Shown piece after piece: positions 62,510-64,000 of a DNA stretch of 64,000 nucleotides. A model generated the notes under the pieces. That model saw nothing but the letters and a program-made list of their open reading frames with translations. It did no database searches and had not been told where the DNA came from. Every line of letters begins with the position of its first letter. Within the stretch, counting starts at the first letter, position 1. This DNA comes from Octopus sinensis. Lineage: Eukaryota. The DNA is taken from positions 106,516,001 through 106,580,000 of the forward strand of contig NC_042997.1 of NCBI RefSeq assembly GCF_006345805.1, written 5' to 3'. The position numbers and the translations under genes were made by a program.

Positions 62510-64000
62510 CAGACGGATGGATGGCGCGGACGGATGGATAGTGCGGACGGATGGATGGTGCGGACAGATGGATGGCGCAGACGGATGGATGGCGCAGACG
62601 GATGGATGGCGCAGACGGATGGATGGCGCAGACGGATGGATGGCGCAGACGGATGGATGGCGCGGACAGATGGATGGCGCAGACGGATGGATAGTATGGA
62701 CAGATAGATAGCATGGACAGATAAATAACATAGGCAGATAAATAGCATAGGCAGATAAATAGCATAGACAGATAGATATGATAGGATAGACAGACAGATA
62801 GGATAGACATATAGGATAGGATAAACAGACAGATAGCATAGGATAGACAGACAGGATGGACGGATAGGATAGACAGACAGGATGGACGGATAGGATAGAC
62901 AGACAGGATGGACGGATAGGATAGACAGACAGGATGGACGGATAGGATAGACAGACTGGATGGACGGATAGGATAGACAGACAGGATGGACGGATAGGAT
63001 AGACAGACAGGATGGACGGATAGGATAGACAGACAGGATGGACGGATAGGATAGACAGACTGGATGGACGGATAGGATAGACAGACAGGATGGACGGATA
63101 GGATAGACAGACAGGATGGACGGATAGGATAGACAGACAGGATGGACGGATAGGATAGACAGACAGGATGGACGGATAGGATAGACAGACAGGATGGACG
63201 AATAGGATAGACAGACAGGATGGACGATAGGATAGACAGACAGGATGGACGGATAGGATAGACAGACAGGATGGACGGATAGGATAGACAGACAGGATGG
63301 ACGGAGGATAGACAGACAGGATGGACGGATAGGATAGACAGACAGGATGGACGGATAGGATAGACAGACAGGATGGACGGATAGGATAGACAGACTGGAT
63401 GGACGGATAGGATAGACAGACAGGATGGACGGATAGGATAGACAGACAGGATGGACGGATAGGATAGACAGACAGGATGGACGGATAGGATAGACAGACT
63501 GGATGGACGGATAGGATAGACAGACAGGATGGACGGATAGGATAGACAGACAGGATGGACGGATAGGATAGACAGACAGGATGGACGGATAGGATAGACA
63601 GACAGGATGGACGGATAGGATAGACAGACAGGATGGACGAATAGGATAGACAGACAGGATGGACGGATAGGATAGACAGACAGGATGGACGGATAGGATA
63701 GACAGACAGGATGGACGGATAGGATAGACAGACAGGATGGACGGATAGGATAGACAGACTGGATGGACGGATAGGATAGACAGACTGGATGGACAGATAG
63801 GATAGACAGACTGGATGGACGGATAAGATAGACAGACTGGATGGACGGATAGGATAGACAGACATGATGGACGGATAGGATAGACAGACATGATGGACGG
63901 ATAGGATAGACAGACAGGATGAACGGATAGGATTGACAGACAGATAACATAGACAGATAGGATAGGACGGTCAGATAGATAGGATAGGACGAACAGACAG
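62510..64000. repeat. Compound GGAT/GATA/GACA satellite: a 17-bp array, then a 26-bp array (ggataggatagacagacaggatggac)
   Basis: Tandem units are visible directly. The 26-bp array spans about 62830-63930. Confidence 0.95.

Noticed and set aside
62383-63950. ORFs of 460-502 aa
   Set aside because: Translations of the 26-bp satellite, with no coding signal.

Overview
AT-rich, repeat-dense eukaryotic DNA, most likely from an octopus (inferred from recalled SINE families, not from a search). One host gene occupies 9.7-56.9 kb on the minus strand: folylpolyglutamate synthase (FPGS). I resolved 12 coding exons by hand. All have GT-AG boundaries and consistent phases, and they sum to 1491 nt (496 aa plus stop). 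A first exon or start was not firmly located. The introns and the downstream flank hold decayed transposons: RTE, CR1-like, R4/Dong-like and Tx1-like LINEs, Penelope, mariner, piggyBac, Helitron, a Gypsy LTR remnant, tRNA-derived SINEs, MITEs and minisatellites. The most unusual signal is a set of hammerhead-ribozyme (HHR) motifs inside inverted-repeat insertions. (1) A young Penelope fold-back at 40.2-43.75 kb has a minimal HHR with a U3-A8 core variant. (2) A neighbouring palindrome carries another HHR. (3) A tRNA-headed, SINE-like element with a Penelope-type HHR occurs twice as an inverted dimer (24 kb and 55.6-56.1 kb), suggesting a Pol III-driven, ribozyme-bearing non-autonomous element mobilised by Penelope machinery. 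All alignments and folds were done by eye, and repeat boundaries are approximate.
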